Below, piece after piece: positions 1 through 9,771 of a stretch of 64,000 nt of DNA (its first letter is position 1; every line of letters begins with the position of its first letter). The stretch comes from Deltaproteobacteria bacterium TL4 (lineage in GTDB: Bacteria; SAR324; NAC60-12). Location: NCBI GenBank assembly GCA_051382335.1, contig JBBCAX010000250.1, positions 1-64,000 of the forward strand, read 5' to 3'. Made by a program: the position numbers and the translations under genes. Below the pieces are notes generated by a model that made no database searches, was not told where the DNA came from, and saw only the letters and a list, made by a program, of their open reading frames with translations.

Positions 1-122
1 CCTCCTTAAGTTGAGAAAGATTATTTGTTGTTTTGTCTCCTCTTTCTCTGGAGGACTCTTTGCTACTTTAGGTTGATTTTTTTTTGTTTTAATGGGTCAA
101 CCTGTTAGGTGGCCTGTAAAAC

Positions 123-269
123 ATGCCAAATATTCTGGGCGTCAACAAAGCCACAAACGAAACAAGCGCGAGTGCTCGGGAAGTAAACCAATCGGCTGTG
201 GGTTTAGCGAAAATTTCAGGACAGCTACAAACCTACATTGGACAATTTAAGGTGAACGAGCTAGCCTAA
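123..269 (+). pseudogene. Orphan C-terminal fragment of a methyl-accepting chemotaxis protein (48 aa)
   Basis: Hand translation gives MPNILGVNKATNETSASAREVNQSAVGLAKISGQLQTYIGQFKVNELA, which resembles the last methylation helix of MCPs ending ..GQFKV. It is below the ORF-track cutoff. Confidence 0.6.
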
Positions 270-305
270 TCTCAGATCGCGGAACGATGAGAATATAGGC
301 GCATT

Positions 306-713
306 CTACCTTTGCTGCGGTGTGCGTGTTCCAAAGACGATTTTCCGGAATCCTGTGGTTTTGGTTTGATCCATGAGCGCAAGGACTTTTCCATGCGGAA
401 CTCTTTTATCTATATTGAGAATCAATGTTTTTGAAGGCGTACCTTGCAGGGCCTTTTGGAGTGCTGTGGGAAGCTCCTGAGAGGTAACAAGCACATCGTT
501 CAGCCAGAATTGCAGTTTTTCATCCATGCTGAGGACAGGGAATGTGAGCGCGGTGGATTTACCTTGTTGACTTTCGGGCAGAACCAGACCTACACCGCTT
601 TCCCCAATGATCCTGGAAGAAACTACAAAAAAGATGATTAAAATAAACAGGATGTCAATCAATGGCGTTAAATTAATACCCGGTTTGTGTTTTTGTTTTT
701 CAAATAATTGCAA
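306..713 (-). CDS. exbD: ExbD/TolR family biopolymer transport protein
   Basis: INLTPLIDILFILIIFF transmembrane motif with the conserved Asp; C-terminal DKRVPHGKV..MD; downstream of an exbB-like gene. Confidence 0.9.
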   Translation of the reverse strand: MQLFEKQKHKPGINLTPLIDILFILIIFFVVSSRIIGESGVGLVLPESQQGKSTALTFPVLSMDEKLQFWLNDVLVTSQELPTALQKALQGTPSKTLILNIDKRVPHGKVLALMDQTKTTGFRKIVFGTRTPQQR

Positions 714-764
714 AATAGTAACCTGTGCGGGTCGTTTTTCTAGTAGCCACGAAGAACTCTAAAC

Positions 765-1385
765 TTAGGTTTTAGCTTCACCAAAAATTTTATAATAGAA
801 AAACATGGTTTCCTCTTCAATGAATAAACCCAGGGATTCAATTTTTCGGCTGAACAGGTTGAAGGCAATCAAGGCGGGAATGCCGATGCTTAACCCAACA
901 ACGGTGGTGATCAAGGCTTGGGAGATCCCTTGACTCAGGCCTTGTGCCCGTTCTGCGCCTTCTAGAGAAATCTTGTTAAAAACCTCAATCATTCCCAGAG
1001 CGGTTCCCAATAAGCCGAGTAGGGGGGCAACGCCAACGATGACTTCCAAGATCACTAAGCCCCGCTCCAAGTAATGCTTTTCTCTTCGTGCCTGATCATA
1101 AAGTGCTTCTTTGAAGTGTTCCGCGGATGCGGGAAGGATGCTCAAGCCATAGGCTAAAATACGGCCAACCGGGTGGGTGAGTGTGGGTTTCAGTGTTTCC
1201 AAACGCTTGGTTTCGACGGTTACCAAAGCTCGTAACTGTTCCATTTCCCGCAAAGGAAACAGGTAAGATTGACGAAGAACCAGGGCCCGTTCAACAACCA
1301 GCATCACCATGATCAAGGAACAGCCAAGCAGAGGAACCATCATGATTCCTCCTTTTTGATAGATTTCTAAAAGTGAATCCAGCAT
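765..1385 (-). CDS. exbB: MotA/TolQ/ExbB proton channel family protein
   Basis: APLLGLLGTALGMIEVF and GISQALITTVVGLSIGIPA motifs. Confidence 0.9.
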   Translation of the reverse strand: MLDSLLEIYQKGGIMMVPLLGCSLIMVMLVVERALVLRQSYLFPLREMEQLRALVTVETKRLETLKPTLTHPVGRILAYGLSILPASAEHFKEALYDQARREKHYLERGLVILEVIVGVAPLLGLLGTALGMIEVFNKISLEGAERAQGLSQGISQALITTVVGLSIGIPALIAFNLFSRKIESLGLFIEEETMFFYYKIFGEAKT

Positions 1386-1386
1386 G

Positions 1387-3198
1387 CTACACCAGATGGT
1401 TCATGATGTATTGTTTACGCTCGGCCGTATTGTTTCCCATATAGAATTCTAATAACTCCTTCACTTCATGCATGTGTTCAATCCCGATAGGAACGGCTCT
1501 CATATTGGCGCCAATAAACTGCCCAAATTCGTTAGGTGAAATCTCGCCGAGTCCTTTGAAGCGTGTGATTTCCATGAATTTTCCCTTCTTTAATTCCAGC
1601 ATCGAGGCTTCTTTTTCCGCTTCAGAATAACAGTAATTGGTGACTTTTTGATTGCGGACACGAAACAGAGGGGTTTCGAGAATGTAGATATGTCCTCTTT
1701 GAACCAAACCTTCAAAGTAATGCAGAAAGAAGGTGAGCAACAGATTGCGAATATGCAAACCATCCACATCGGCATCGGTTGCGAGAATAATTTTATTGTA
1801 CCGAAGATCGTCGATACTATCTTCGATTCCCAGGGCTTTCATGATGTTATAAAGTTCTATATTCTTGTAAATAGCTTCACGCCCTGCCCCCCAACAGTTC
1901 AACGGTTTTCCTTTGAGGCAAAAAATGGCCTGGGTCTTTACATCACGGGAACTGATCATGCTTCCTCCCGCGGATTGCCCCTCAGTAACAAACAGCATGC
2001 TTTCATCGCCGTATTTGCTTTTATCGCCGAAATGGTACTTGCAATCTTTTAAGTTTGGAACGGTGAGTGAGGTTTTCTTGGCATTGTCCCGAACCGCTTT
2101 TTTGACATTGGAGAGTTCTTTACGAATCCGCTCATTCGACTGTACCTTTTGCTTTATCTGATCCGCGACGTCCGTATTTTTATACAGATAATCAACAATG
2201 GCGTCTCGAACCTCAGGGACGACCCAGCTTCGTAACTCCGTATTTCCCAGTTTATTTTTGGTTTGAGACTCAAAAATAGGGTCTTTAATCCGTACAGAAA
2301 AAGCGCCCATCAGACCATCTCGAACATCAGGGCCTTCGTAATTCGCTTTAAAAAATTGATTGAGCCCTTTCAGCATGCCCTCTCGAAACGCACTTAAATG
2401 CGTTCCGCCACTGTTGGTATATTGTCCATTCACAAAGCTGAAGTGTTCCTCGCCGTAGTTATCCGTATGGGTGAACGCGAATTCCAGTTTGGGAGACTTG
2501 AAGTAGACAATCTCATACAGTTGTTCGTCTTTAAGTTCTGCTGTCAGTAAATCTAAAAGACCATGCTCGGATTTGATTTTTTCGTTGTTGAAGTAGAGCG
2601 CAAGCCCGCTGTTTAAGTAGGCATAATGCCATAACTGTTTTCGGATGAACTCAAGCTCATAAGCAAATTTTTGAAAAATATCAGGGTCGGCGTAAAATTC
2701 GACAAAGGTGCCATTTTTTTCATCTGTTTTCTGGATCTCTCCTTGAGAAACCAAAACGCCTTTCCGGAAGGAGGCGGAAACGGAGGATCCCTCCCTGAAG
2801 GCGGTGACCATAAATTCATCGGAAAGTGCATTTACCGCTTTGGTTCCCACACCATTTAAGCCGACACTGAACTGAAAAACTTCGTCATTGTACTTTGCTC
2901 CCGTGTTGATGATGGAAACACAATCAACCACTTTTCCCAAGGGAATCCCTCTGCCAAAATCACGAACAAGCACACGGTTCCCTTTGATATCAATGTTGAT
3001 ACGCTTACCGTAACCCATAATATATTCATCAATGGAGTTATCCACAATTTCTTTAATCAGGACATAGATTCCATCACTGGGGTGAGACCCATTGCCCAGT
3101 CTTCCGATATACATGCCCGGACGCAGGCGAATGTGCGCCAAAGAGGAAAGGGTTGTGATTTTACTTTCATCATAGACAGGGGGGGTGGGTTGTGTCAT
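1387..3198 (-). CDS. parE: Type IIA topoisomerase B subunit (short ParE-like type)
   Basis: HIRLRPGMYIG, EIVDNSIDE, DFGRGIP, GLNGVGTKAVN (GHKL ATPase); TEGQSAGGS and TDADVDGLHI (TOPRIM); RFKGLGE. About 603 aa. Start moved to ATG 3198, which has a GGAG RBS. Confidence 0.85.
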   Translation of the reverse strand: MTQPTPPVYDESKITTLSSLAHIRLRPGMYIGRLGNGSHPSDGIYVLIKEIVDNSIDEYIMGYGKRINIDIKGNRVLVRDFGRGIPLGKVVDCVSIINTGAKYNDEVFQFSVGLNGVGTKAVNALSDEFMVTAFREGSSVSASFRKGVLVSQGEIQKTDEKNGTFVEFYADPDIFQKFAYELEFIRKQLWHYAYLNSGLALYFNNEKIKSEHGLLDLLTAELKDEQLYEIVYFKSPKLEFAFTHTDNYGEEHFSFVNGQYTNSGGTHLSAFREGMLKGLNQFFKANYEGPDVRDGLMGAFSVRIKDPIFESQTKNKLGNTELRSWVVPEVRDAIVDYLYKNTDVADQIKQKVQSNERIRKELSNVKKAVRDNAKKTSLTVPNLKDCKYHFGDKSKYGDESMLFVTEGQSAGGSMISSRDVKTQAIFCLKGKPLNCWGAGREAIYKNIELYNIMKALGIEDSIDDLRYNKIILATDADVDGLHIRNLLLTFFLHYFEGLVQRGHIYILETPLFRVRNQKVTNYCYSEAEKEASMLELKKGKFMEITRFKGLGEISPNEFGQFIGANMRAVPIGIEHMHEVKELLEFYMGNNTAERKQYIMNHLV

Positions 3199-3302
3199 AA
3201 AACTCCGTGGAATGTACGATATGAGGAGAGACATAAGCTCTTGTGATTCTTTTAAGAAGGGTACAGATCATCACCCCCCTTCTACCGAATCTTGCAGCTT
3301 TT

Positions 3303-4529
3303 TCAATCGTTTTTTGAAATAGTGCTTAAAAAATTTTTTTCCAAAACCTCCAGGAGGGCTCTGCGGTTATTTGGGGTTTGGTTGAGCATGATCACAAAAT
3401 ACAAAGGCTCAGAAGGAGTCGGGAGATAACCGGCCATCGTGTAGACGCCCTGTAAGGTTCCGGTTTTGAGAAAAACGCCATTGAGCTGCCCCAGTAAACT
3501 TTTGTAGGGCTTAAAGGCGCGTAATAAGGGAATCATGGCTCTTGGGGAAAAAAGATTCTTACGTGAAATTCCTGAACCCTCAACGAGATGGAATTGTTGA
3601 GGCGTTAACTTGATTTGTTGTTCCAGAAACTGACGCAAAACCTGCACGCCTTTTTCAACAGTAGTGGGATATCCCTGTTGTACAGCCCCCAGGGTCAACA
3701 TCAATTGATTTGCGGTATAGTTGTTGGAGTAGAGCATCATACCCGCAATCGTGTCTTGAAGAGTTCGTTCGTTCCAATGAGTGTAAAGCAGTTCATCAGA
3801 GGATTTTTGTGTTTGATTCAAGATCTTTCCTGAAACGTGATAGCCTTTTTTTTCCAAAAAGGCTTGAAAGAGTTGGCCCACGTAAGGCAGAGGCGATTCA
3901 CCCCTCCGTGAAATATTGATTCGATGGATGCCCGGGGCCAGAGTTTTCGATAATTGATAAGCCAAGGGAGTCAAGGGCGTTTGTAATTCTGCCGTACGGA
4001 GGTCGCCATTTTTGAGTTTTTCCACATTAATTGTGTTGAAATTCGTAACCAACGCACCGTTTGGCGCATCATAAGGGTTCAACGAATATTCAATGCCATG
4101 AATGACGAGCTTAGGGGCAAAACTGGAATCATCCAGTAAAATATTTCCCAAGATTCGTGGCAGTTGCGGACGTTGTTTGAGTTGATTGGTGATGGCCTCC
4201 CACTCTTCAGACACGAGAAAAGGGTCTCCATATCCTCGCACCAGAATATCTTGAGACGCCCGTAAATAAAACTCGGTTTTGAAGCGGAAATCCTTGCCAA
4301 GATAATGAAACGCGGCTAACGCGGTCGCATATTTGAGAATAGAAGCAGGAATTAAGAGTTCGTCAGGATGAGAGTGGTATTCATAAACAATTTCTTCCTC
4401 ATTGGCGACGATGACACTGCCTTTCTTGATATACGGCGCAATCTGGGAGTCCAAGGTGGGGTTTGCGAAAATGGAGGCGGCCCACAATAAAAGACCTATG
4501 AGCGCAACCGTCTGTTTTTTTCTGATCAT
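3303..4529 (-). CDS. dacB: D-alanyl-D-alanine carboxypeptidase/endopeptidase (peptidase S13, PBP4)
   Basis: SxxK (ASILK), SxN (SNN) and KTG motifs; GYGDP; EGSGISR; signal peptide. Confidence 0.9.
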   Translation of the reverse strand: MIRKKQTVALIGLLLWAASIFANPTLDSQIAPYIKKGSVIVANEEEIVYEYHSHPDELLIPASILKYATALAAFHYLGKDFRFKTEFYLRASQDILVRGYGDPFLVSEEWEAITNQLKQRPQLPRILGNILLDDSSFAPKLVIHGIEYSLNPYDAPNGALVTNFNTINVEKLKNGDLRTAELQTPLTPLAYQLSKTLAPGIHRINISRRGESPLPYVGQLFQAFLEKKGYHVSGKILNQTQKSSDELLYTHWNERTLQDTIAGMMLYSNNYTANQLMLTLGAVQQGYPTTVEKGVQVLRQFLEQQIKLTPQQFHLVEGSGISRKNLFSPRAMIPLLRAFKPYKSLLGQLNGVFLKTGTLQGVYTMAGYLPTPSEPLYFVIMLNQTPNNRRALLEVLEKNFLSTISKND

Positions 4530-4556
4530 GAATGCATATTGCCGAGAAAAGGTGCT

Positions 4557-4997
4557 TTATTGAAAATCATTTTTCAATACATTTTTATACTGTTCTCGAT
4601 AAATTGCAATTAAATTTCCGCGATCTTCGTCCGGCATATTGGTGCGAATGATTTCTCTCAAAATGCGATTTTGCGTCCCCAAATTTTGCATGGCATAATA
4701 ATGCGTTAGATCTCGATCCCCACACTTTCTCACGCTTTCCACCGTCCGATCAGAGTCGATGGAAGCATAGTAGGCCTGAAACAAACGATTGCTGTCCCGC
4801 TCCTCAAAGAAAAAAACTAGTCCTGTTTTAGCTTCATTATAATATTTAAATGCTCTATCAATAACAGGGGAAGCACAAGCCATGACTTTTTTTGGAGCTA
4901 AAAAGGGCTGGGTCAGTTCTTGTAAACGCGCACAGCTTGAGGTTAGTATAGAAACAAGAAAGAAGCTGGCGATTAATTTTACGTTCATACTTTTCAT
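4557..4997 (-). CDS. Hypothetical lipoprotein
   Basis: N-terminal hydrophobic stretch ending in the lipobox-like LTSSC; GAGGA RBS; co-oriented with dacB. Confidence 0.7.
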   Translation of the reverse strand: MKSMNVKLIASFFLVSILTSSCARLQELTQPFLAPKKVMACASPVIDRAFKYYNEAKTGLVFFFEERDSNRLFQAYYASIDSDRTVESVRKCGDRDLTHYYAMQNLGTQNRILREIIRTNMPDEDRGNLIAIYREQYKNVLKNDFQ

Positions 4998-5320
4998 TTT
5001 ATCCTCTAGAGGATAGTGATTAACTAGCGGATTGCTGTCTCAACCTGTTGAATCTTTAGTGTTTAATGTTGAATTTAATTATTTGCGTTAAAAAAGTGCA
5101 TGATCTCCAGGGGCCTTTTATAATTAAGAATTCAAAATTAAGCATTTTGCGACAACAACTGACTGGTGTGGACGAAGGTTACTGAATTTTATCAACAAAA
5201 CCCCTCTTTTCAACGGTGATCTGATGATCCGGAGTTCGTTTCCATCAAAGAAACAGAGTTGAGAACCCTAGAGGGCTACTTCTATTATCGGAAAGCCGAT
5301 ACAAAACTTGAGTAAAAATT

Positions 5321-6259
5321 ATGTCTAAAATCAATGTCACTCCGTTCGAATCCATGGATGCGCTCTTTTCACATCAATTGATTTTGGTATCGGGGAAAGG
5401 GGGTGTCGGAAAAACAACGCTTGCGGTCTTTCTCGCTCAACTTGCGGCAAGTCGGGGCAAAAATGTATTACTTTGCCATGTCAATCGTTTGGTTGAAGAG
5501 CCTTGGGAAACAGCTTATTTATCCAAATATGACCGATTGTCACGAATTTTTATCACGCCTGCTGTCGCCATGAAAGAGTATGTTTTGCTCAAACTCAAAA
5601 GTGAGAAACTCTATTCTATGCTTTTTGAAGGATCCGGCGGTTTGAGTGTCCTTCGCAAAGCGGCCCCCGCACTCAATGAATTAGTCCTTTTAGGAAAAGT
5701 TTATTGGGAATGTAAACAACGAACTTTATGGGTTTCCCAAAAATGGGATCATGTCGTGGTGGATATGCCCTCAACGGGTCATGCGCTGACGATGCTCAAC
5801 ATTTCTTCGGTAGTACGGGAAATTTTTGGAAAAGGCATTGTGGCTGCGGAAACCGCAAAAATGGAAGAATTGTTTAAAGATCGCGCTCGCACCTGCCTGG
5901 TGTTGGCGGCACTGCCCGAATATATGGTGATTCAGGAAACGCTGCAATTTTGTGAGGTGGTACGAAAAGAACTGCATGTGGAGTTAGGACCTATTTTTCT
6001 AAATCGGATGCCGGACAAGCCTTTACAAACAGAAGAGCTGGCACTCTACGAAAAACATCGTGAGACCCTTGACCAAAATGTGCAAGATACGGTAAATTTC
6101 TTTCAAAATCGGTATTCCGCGGCAGTAGAGCATCTGGATTATCTTGAAAAAAACTGTGGACTCCCTGTGCTTCCCTTACCCATGGTTTTTGGAGGAACGA
6201 GTAATCCCGAATTTTTTCATCTGCTGGAAACCCAGATTATGCAATATTGGTTGAAATAG
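5321..6259 (+). CDS. ArsA/Get3-family ATPase, subunit 1
   Basis: Deviant Walker A SGKGGVGKTT; DMPSTGHA switch II; APALNEL motif. Confidence 0.85.
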   Translation: MSKINVTPFESMDALFSHQLILVSGKGGVGKTTLAVFLAQLAASRGKNVLLCHVNRLVEEPWETAYLSKYDRLSRIFITPAVAMKEYVLLKLKSEKLYSMLFEGSGGLSVLRKAAPALNELVLLGKVYWECKQRTLWVSQKWDHVVVDMPSTGHALTMLNISSVVREIFGKGIVAAETAKMEELFKDRARTCLVLAALPEYMVIQETLQFCEVVRKELHVELGPIFLNRMPDKPLQTEELALYEKHRETLDQNVQDTVNFFQNRYSAAVEHLDYLEKNCGLPVLPLPMVFGGTSNPEFFHLLETQIMQYWLK

Positions 6260-6271
6260 AGAGGAAATACT

Positions 6272-7351
6272 GTGCTGAATGAAATATTAAAAAATCACAA
6301 AGTCGTGATCAATTGCGGTTGTGGCGGTGTTGGAAAAACAACGACTAGTGCAGCCTTGGGAATTCGAGCTGCACAACTGGGTTTGAATGTGATTGTCCTG
6401 ACCATTGACCCAGCGAGACGTTTGGCGGATAGCCTGGGGATTGGTGAGTTAACCAACAAACCTAAAATCGTTTCGTTACCCAAAGAAATTCCCGGAAAAA
6501 TGTCGGCGATGATGCTTGATGTTAAAAACACCATTGATGCTCTTGTTGAGCGAAACGCAAAGTCTCCTGAACAAGTCCAAAGAGTCTTCTCGAATCATAT
6601 TTACCAACAACTCAGCCAAACGATGGGTGGTGGACAGGAATACGGCGCAATGGAAAGCCTCTATCAACTGCATTCCGAGGATCAATATGAGTTGATTGTT
6701 TTGGATACACCGCCTTCTCAACACGCGATTGACTTTATTACGGCTCCGCTGAAATTAAAGGAGTTTTTTGGACAATCGGTGTTGAAATTCTTTTTGGAAG
6801 GCGCTAAAGAGCAGGAAGACCGGAATACTCGAGGTTGGTCCTTAGCCAGTCGTGGCGGAAGTCTCGCGTTAAAACTCTTCGAAAAGCTAACCGGGTCTCA
6901 TTTTCTCGGAGATGTTTCTGAGTTTTTGGGGGGATTTCATGGGATGTATGAAGCCATTCGTGACGAAGCAGGGCATGTTTCAGACCTGATAGGAAGTCCC
7001 GAAACCGCATTTCTCGTGGTAACCAGTCCGGATCAACAACAACTGAGTGAATCCAGAACGCTCATTGAAAAACTGGGAGAATTCCTCCTCCCCTTTAAGG
7101 GGGTGATTATCAACAAATGTACGCCTGAACTCGAGGCAAAGCTTGATTCCAGTTTGCCCAATATTCTGATTGCGACGTTGGAACATATGCTGTTACTTCA
7201 CCAACGTCAATATACTCATGAAACCGAGTTGATTCAGTCGATGCTGGCTGGTGTGATACAAAATGCCTTTATCTCTAAAATTCCGATCTTTCCTACGGAT
7301 GTCCATAACCTGGACAGCTTGATCGCCTTCAATGCCGTTATCAAAAGTTAA
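6272..7351 (+). CDS. ArsA/Get3-family ATPase, subunit 2
   Basis: CGCGGVGKTT, TIDPARRLA, GGQEYGAME and LDTPPS motifs; GTG start with RBS. Confidence 0.85.
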   Translation: MLNEILKNHKVVINCGCGGVGKTTTSAALGIRAAQLGLNVIVLTIDPARRLADSLGIGELTNKPKIVSLPKEIPGKMSAMMLDVKNTIDALVERNAKSPEQVQRVFSNHIYQQLSQTMGGGQEYGAMESLYQLHSEDQYELIVLDTPPSQHAIDFITAPLKLKEFFGQSVLKFFLEGAKEQEDRNTRGWSLASRGGSLALKLFEKLTGSHFLGDVSEFLGGFHGMYEAIRDEAGHVSDLIGSPETAFLVVTSPDQQQLSESRTLIEKLGEFLLPFKGVIINKCTPELEAKLDSSLPNILIATLEHMLLLHQRQYTHETELIQSMLAGVIQNAFISKIPIFPTDVHNLDSLIAFNAVIKS

Positions 7352-7370
7352 TCCTCACCCTTTTCAAGGG

Positions 7371-7397
7371 AGCCGCCGACTCAGTCGTCTGGCGGCT
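7371..7397. terminator. GC-rich hairpin between convergent genes (probable bidirectional terminator)
   Basis: AGCCGCC..GGCGGCT stem with an inner GAC/GTC pairing. Confidence 0.5.
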
Positions 7398-7416
7398 GCA
7401 ACCCTCTAATCAGCTT

Positions 7417-8019
7417 TCAACCGGAATGACGAAGAGGCTTAAGAAATTTCTTTCGATTTTCACCTTCCCAACGCGGCATCAACGGATGCTCCAAACCCAA
7501 TAGGTCTAAAATCCGGCCAACACTATGAGCCATGAGTTCATTAATGGATTGAGGGTGTGTATAAAACACAGGTGCGGGAGGCGCGATAATCCCACCCATT
7601 TGAGTCACTTTCAACATGCATTCCAAGTGTCCTTGATGCAAAGGGGTCTCCCGAACCATCAGGATTAAAGGGCGGCGTTCTTTTAAGGTAACATCCGCGG
7701 CTCGGGCAATCAGATTGCCCGAATTGCAATAGGCGACAGCAGAAAGGGTGTGGATGGAACAGGGCGCGATGATCATTCCCTTTGTCAAGAAAGAACCACT
7801 TGCGATGGAGGCGCCGATGTCTTGATTAGCATAGACATAGTTGGCCAGCTTTTTTACATTTTTGAAAGTCCACTCTGTTTCATAGCTCATTGTTTGTAAT
7901 GCCGGCTTAGAAAGGACTAAATGGGTTTCAACATTTTTTATCTCCCGCAAACATTCCAAGATTTTAATGCCGTAAAGGATACCGGTTGCCCCTGTTATAC
8001 CAATAACATATCTGTCCAT
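7417..8019 (-). CDS. ubiX: Flavin prenyltransferase UbiX
   Basis: GITGATG, IASGSF, APCS, RAADVTLKERR, RETP and FY.HP motifs. Confidence 0.95.
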   Translation of the reverse strand: MDRYVIGITGATGILYGIKILECLREIKNVETHLVLSKPALQTMSYETEWTFKNVKKLANYVYANQDIGASIASGSFLTKGMIIAPCSIHTLSAVAYCNSGNLIARAADVTLKERRPLILMVRETPLHQGHLECMLKVTQMGGIIAPPAPVFYTHPQSINELMAHSVGRILDLLGLEHPLMPRWEGENRKKFLKPLRHSG

Positions 8020-8157
8020 GAATGAGCTCTTATTAGTAATTCTGAATCAAGAAAAAAAGAGGGGGATTTGAAGCGATACAATACGTTGACAGGGTCTTGT
8101 TGAATTTGAAAAATATTTTCAAGTTCAACAAGCCCAGCATGAAAATTCAAAACAGAA

Positions 8158-9129
8158 TTAAAAGAATTCCAATTCTCCTGAAGCAACCAGATCATCCACA
8201 GTTTCCGGTGGCTCTTTAAACTCATCAGGAGACCAGTTTAAATGAAAAATGAATTTTTGATAAATGGAAACGGGTTCAAGTTTTCCATCATTATCATGTA
8301 TTTTACAGTGAAAACAAAGTTGAGGATCATCCGTTCCAAACGTAATATAGTTTCGCTTGTGGTTGATAATCGTTGGAACTTGAATTCTGTAGTCCTTGGC
8401 CCCTGTGCCATCCTGAAAAAAGCGGGATTTAAAGCCGCCCCACATCATATTGGTAAGTTCCCCCATCAAGCCGTTGATTGTACGAAAATCCATATCAGTC
8501 GGATCTAACGGCGTTTTCTTTTCCCGAATAAGCATCTCCAGAGGATCAACTTCCGTTTGAAGCATCATAAATCCGCGGCACCAAGCACCTTCTAAGGGAA
8601 TCAAACTGAAAAGCTCTCCATGAATAATCCGGTCTTTCACCAAATAAGGGGCTTCTATGGTGATACTCGAATTGAGGAAAAGACTTTTCATGACCTCCAA
8701 TGAAATTTCCTCAACACCGTGAATCATCGCGCTGGGATAGTAGGTGTTGAAAATATATTTTTCAATCAACTCTTTAATCTTGTGGGTATCTCCAGCGTGA
8801 TAATAACCCGCACAAGCGTGTTTCGCTTCCAGCGAGAGGTCCTCTTCCTCTCCTTCGATTCTTACAATAATGGGAAGTTCTGGACGAACTTTGTGAATTT
8901 CAATCGCAATCTCAAGACCGCTTTTTCCTTCACTATTTGCGGATTCGCATAAAAAGACCGCGCCCAGATCAATGTTCGTATCCAGCGTTTCCATAATATT
9001 GCTGTATCTCTCGGCCTTCAGTCCGACAAGGTTATGCGTTGTAAAAAAAATTTTCAGTTGTTGCATTTGTTCCCGGTCAACCTCATGAACCAGAACCTTG
9101 CTCATAATATTGGAAGCTTCTTCTACCAT
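8158..9129 (-). CDS. CheX-like phosphatase with N-terminal degenerate receiver-like domain
   Basis: CheC/CheX-type ExxN motif (GELTNMMWG); receiver-like N-terminus (GLEIAIEIHKVRPELPIIV); located in a chemotaxis-like cluster. Confidence 0.65.
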   Translation of the reverse strand: MVEEASNIMSKVLVHEVDREQMQQLKIFFTTHNLVGLKAERYSNIMETLDTNIDLGAVFLCESANSEGKSGLEIAIEIHKVRPELPIIVRIEGEEEDLSLEAKHACAGYYHAGDTHKIKELIEKYIFNTYYPSAMIHGVEEISLEVMKSLFLNSSITIEAPYLVKDRIIHGELFSLIPLEGAWCRGFMMLQTEVDPLEMLIREKKTPLDPTDMDFRTINGLMGELTNMMWGGFKSRFFQDGTGAKDYRIQVPTIINHKRNYITFGTDDPQLCFHCKIHDNDGKLEPVSIYQKFIFHLNWSPDEFKEPPETVDDLVASGELEFF

Positions 9130-9201
9130 AATTTTCTCCCAGAAAAATTATTCAAATAACGATTAAAAGGGCCTAAGTAACAAACCGTTAACTCAAAGCC
9201 A

Positions 9202-9759
9202 TCAAAAAAACTCTAATTCACCACTCACAATTTCTTCTTTTTTCTCAGGAAGCATAAAATTCAAATCACCATAAGGGCAAACATACAGTCCAAACGTTAA
9301 TCTCACATTGTTTTCAGATACCGCTTCTGAATAAAGGGAATACTCAAATTTTAAATGCTCAAAATACCGAAAGGATCGTTCTTCGAGTAAGTCAGGCGTT
9401 GACATCCCCAAATGAGGAAAAACACACTGAAGTTCTCGTTTGACGGTTCCACAGTAATTGTTTCCGTATTCCCCCAAATAATCATAAAATTTTTCACGTG
9501 TTACCTGCTCAGGAGGAATATGAAGTGATTCCGAAACGTATTGAATCGTTCGTTTGGTACACGTGAAATGGACCGTCATAAAAACACGAAAATCATAGGA
9601 ACAGAGTGTTAATACAACGAACTCCCGCGCATGGATGTGATCAATGCGGTCAACCATCTTAACCATCCATTGATGTTTATAGCCATCTTTGTTCAAGGTT
9701 TCATTGGTCGCTTTGTTAAATAGAGTGCAAAAAGCATCTTTTGCAGATTGACTGATCAC
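9202..9759 (-). CDS. CheX-like protein of unknown function
   Basis: ExxN motif (GEYGNNYCG) followed by GMSTP; ends SGELEFF like its neighbour; GTG start. Confidence 0.55.
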   Translation of the reverse strand: MISQSAKDAFCTLFNKATNETLNKDGYKHQWMVKMVDRIDHIHAREFVVLTLCSYDFRVFMTVHFTCTKRTIQYVSESLHIPPEQVTREKFYDYLGEYGNNYCGTVKRELQCVFPHLGMSTPDLLEERSFRYFEHLKFEYSLYSEAVSENNVRLTFGLYVCPYGDLNFMLPEKKEEIVSGELEFF

Positions 9760-9771
9760 AGCTTTCCTTTA

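Noticed and set aside
5321..7351. Arsenic resistance locus
   Set aside because: No arsR/B/C/D or acr3 is nearby, and the proteins are single-domain with degenerate complementary motifs.
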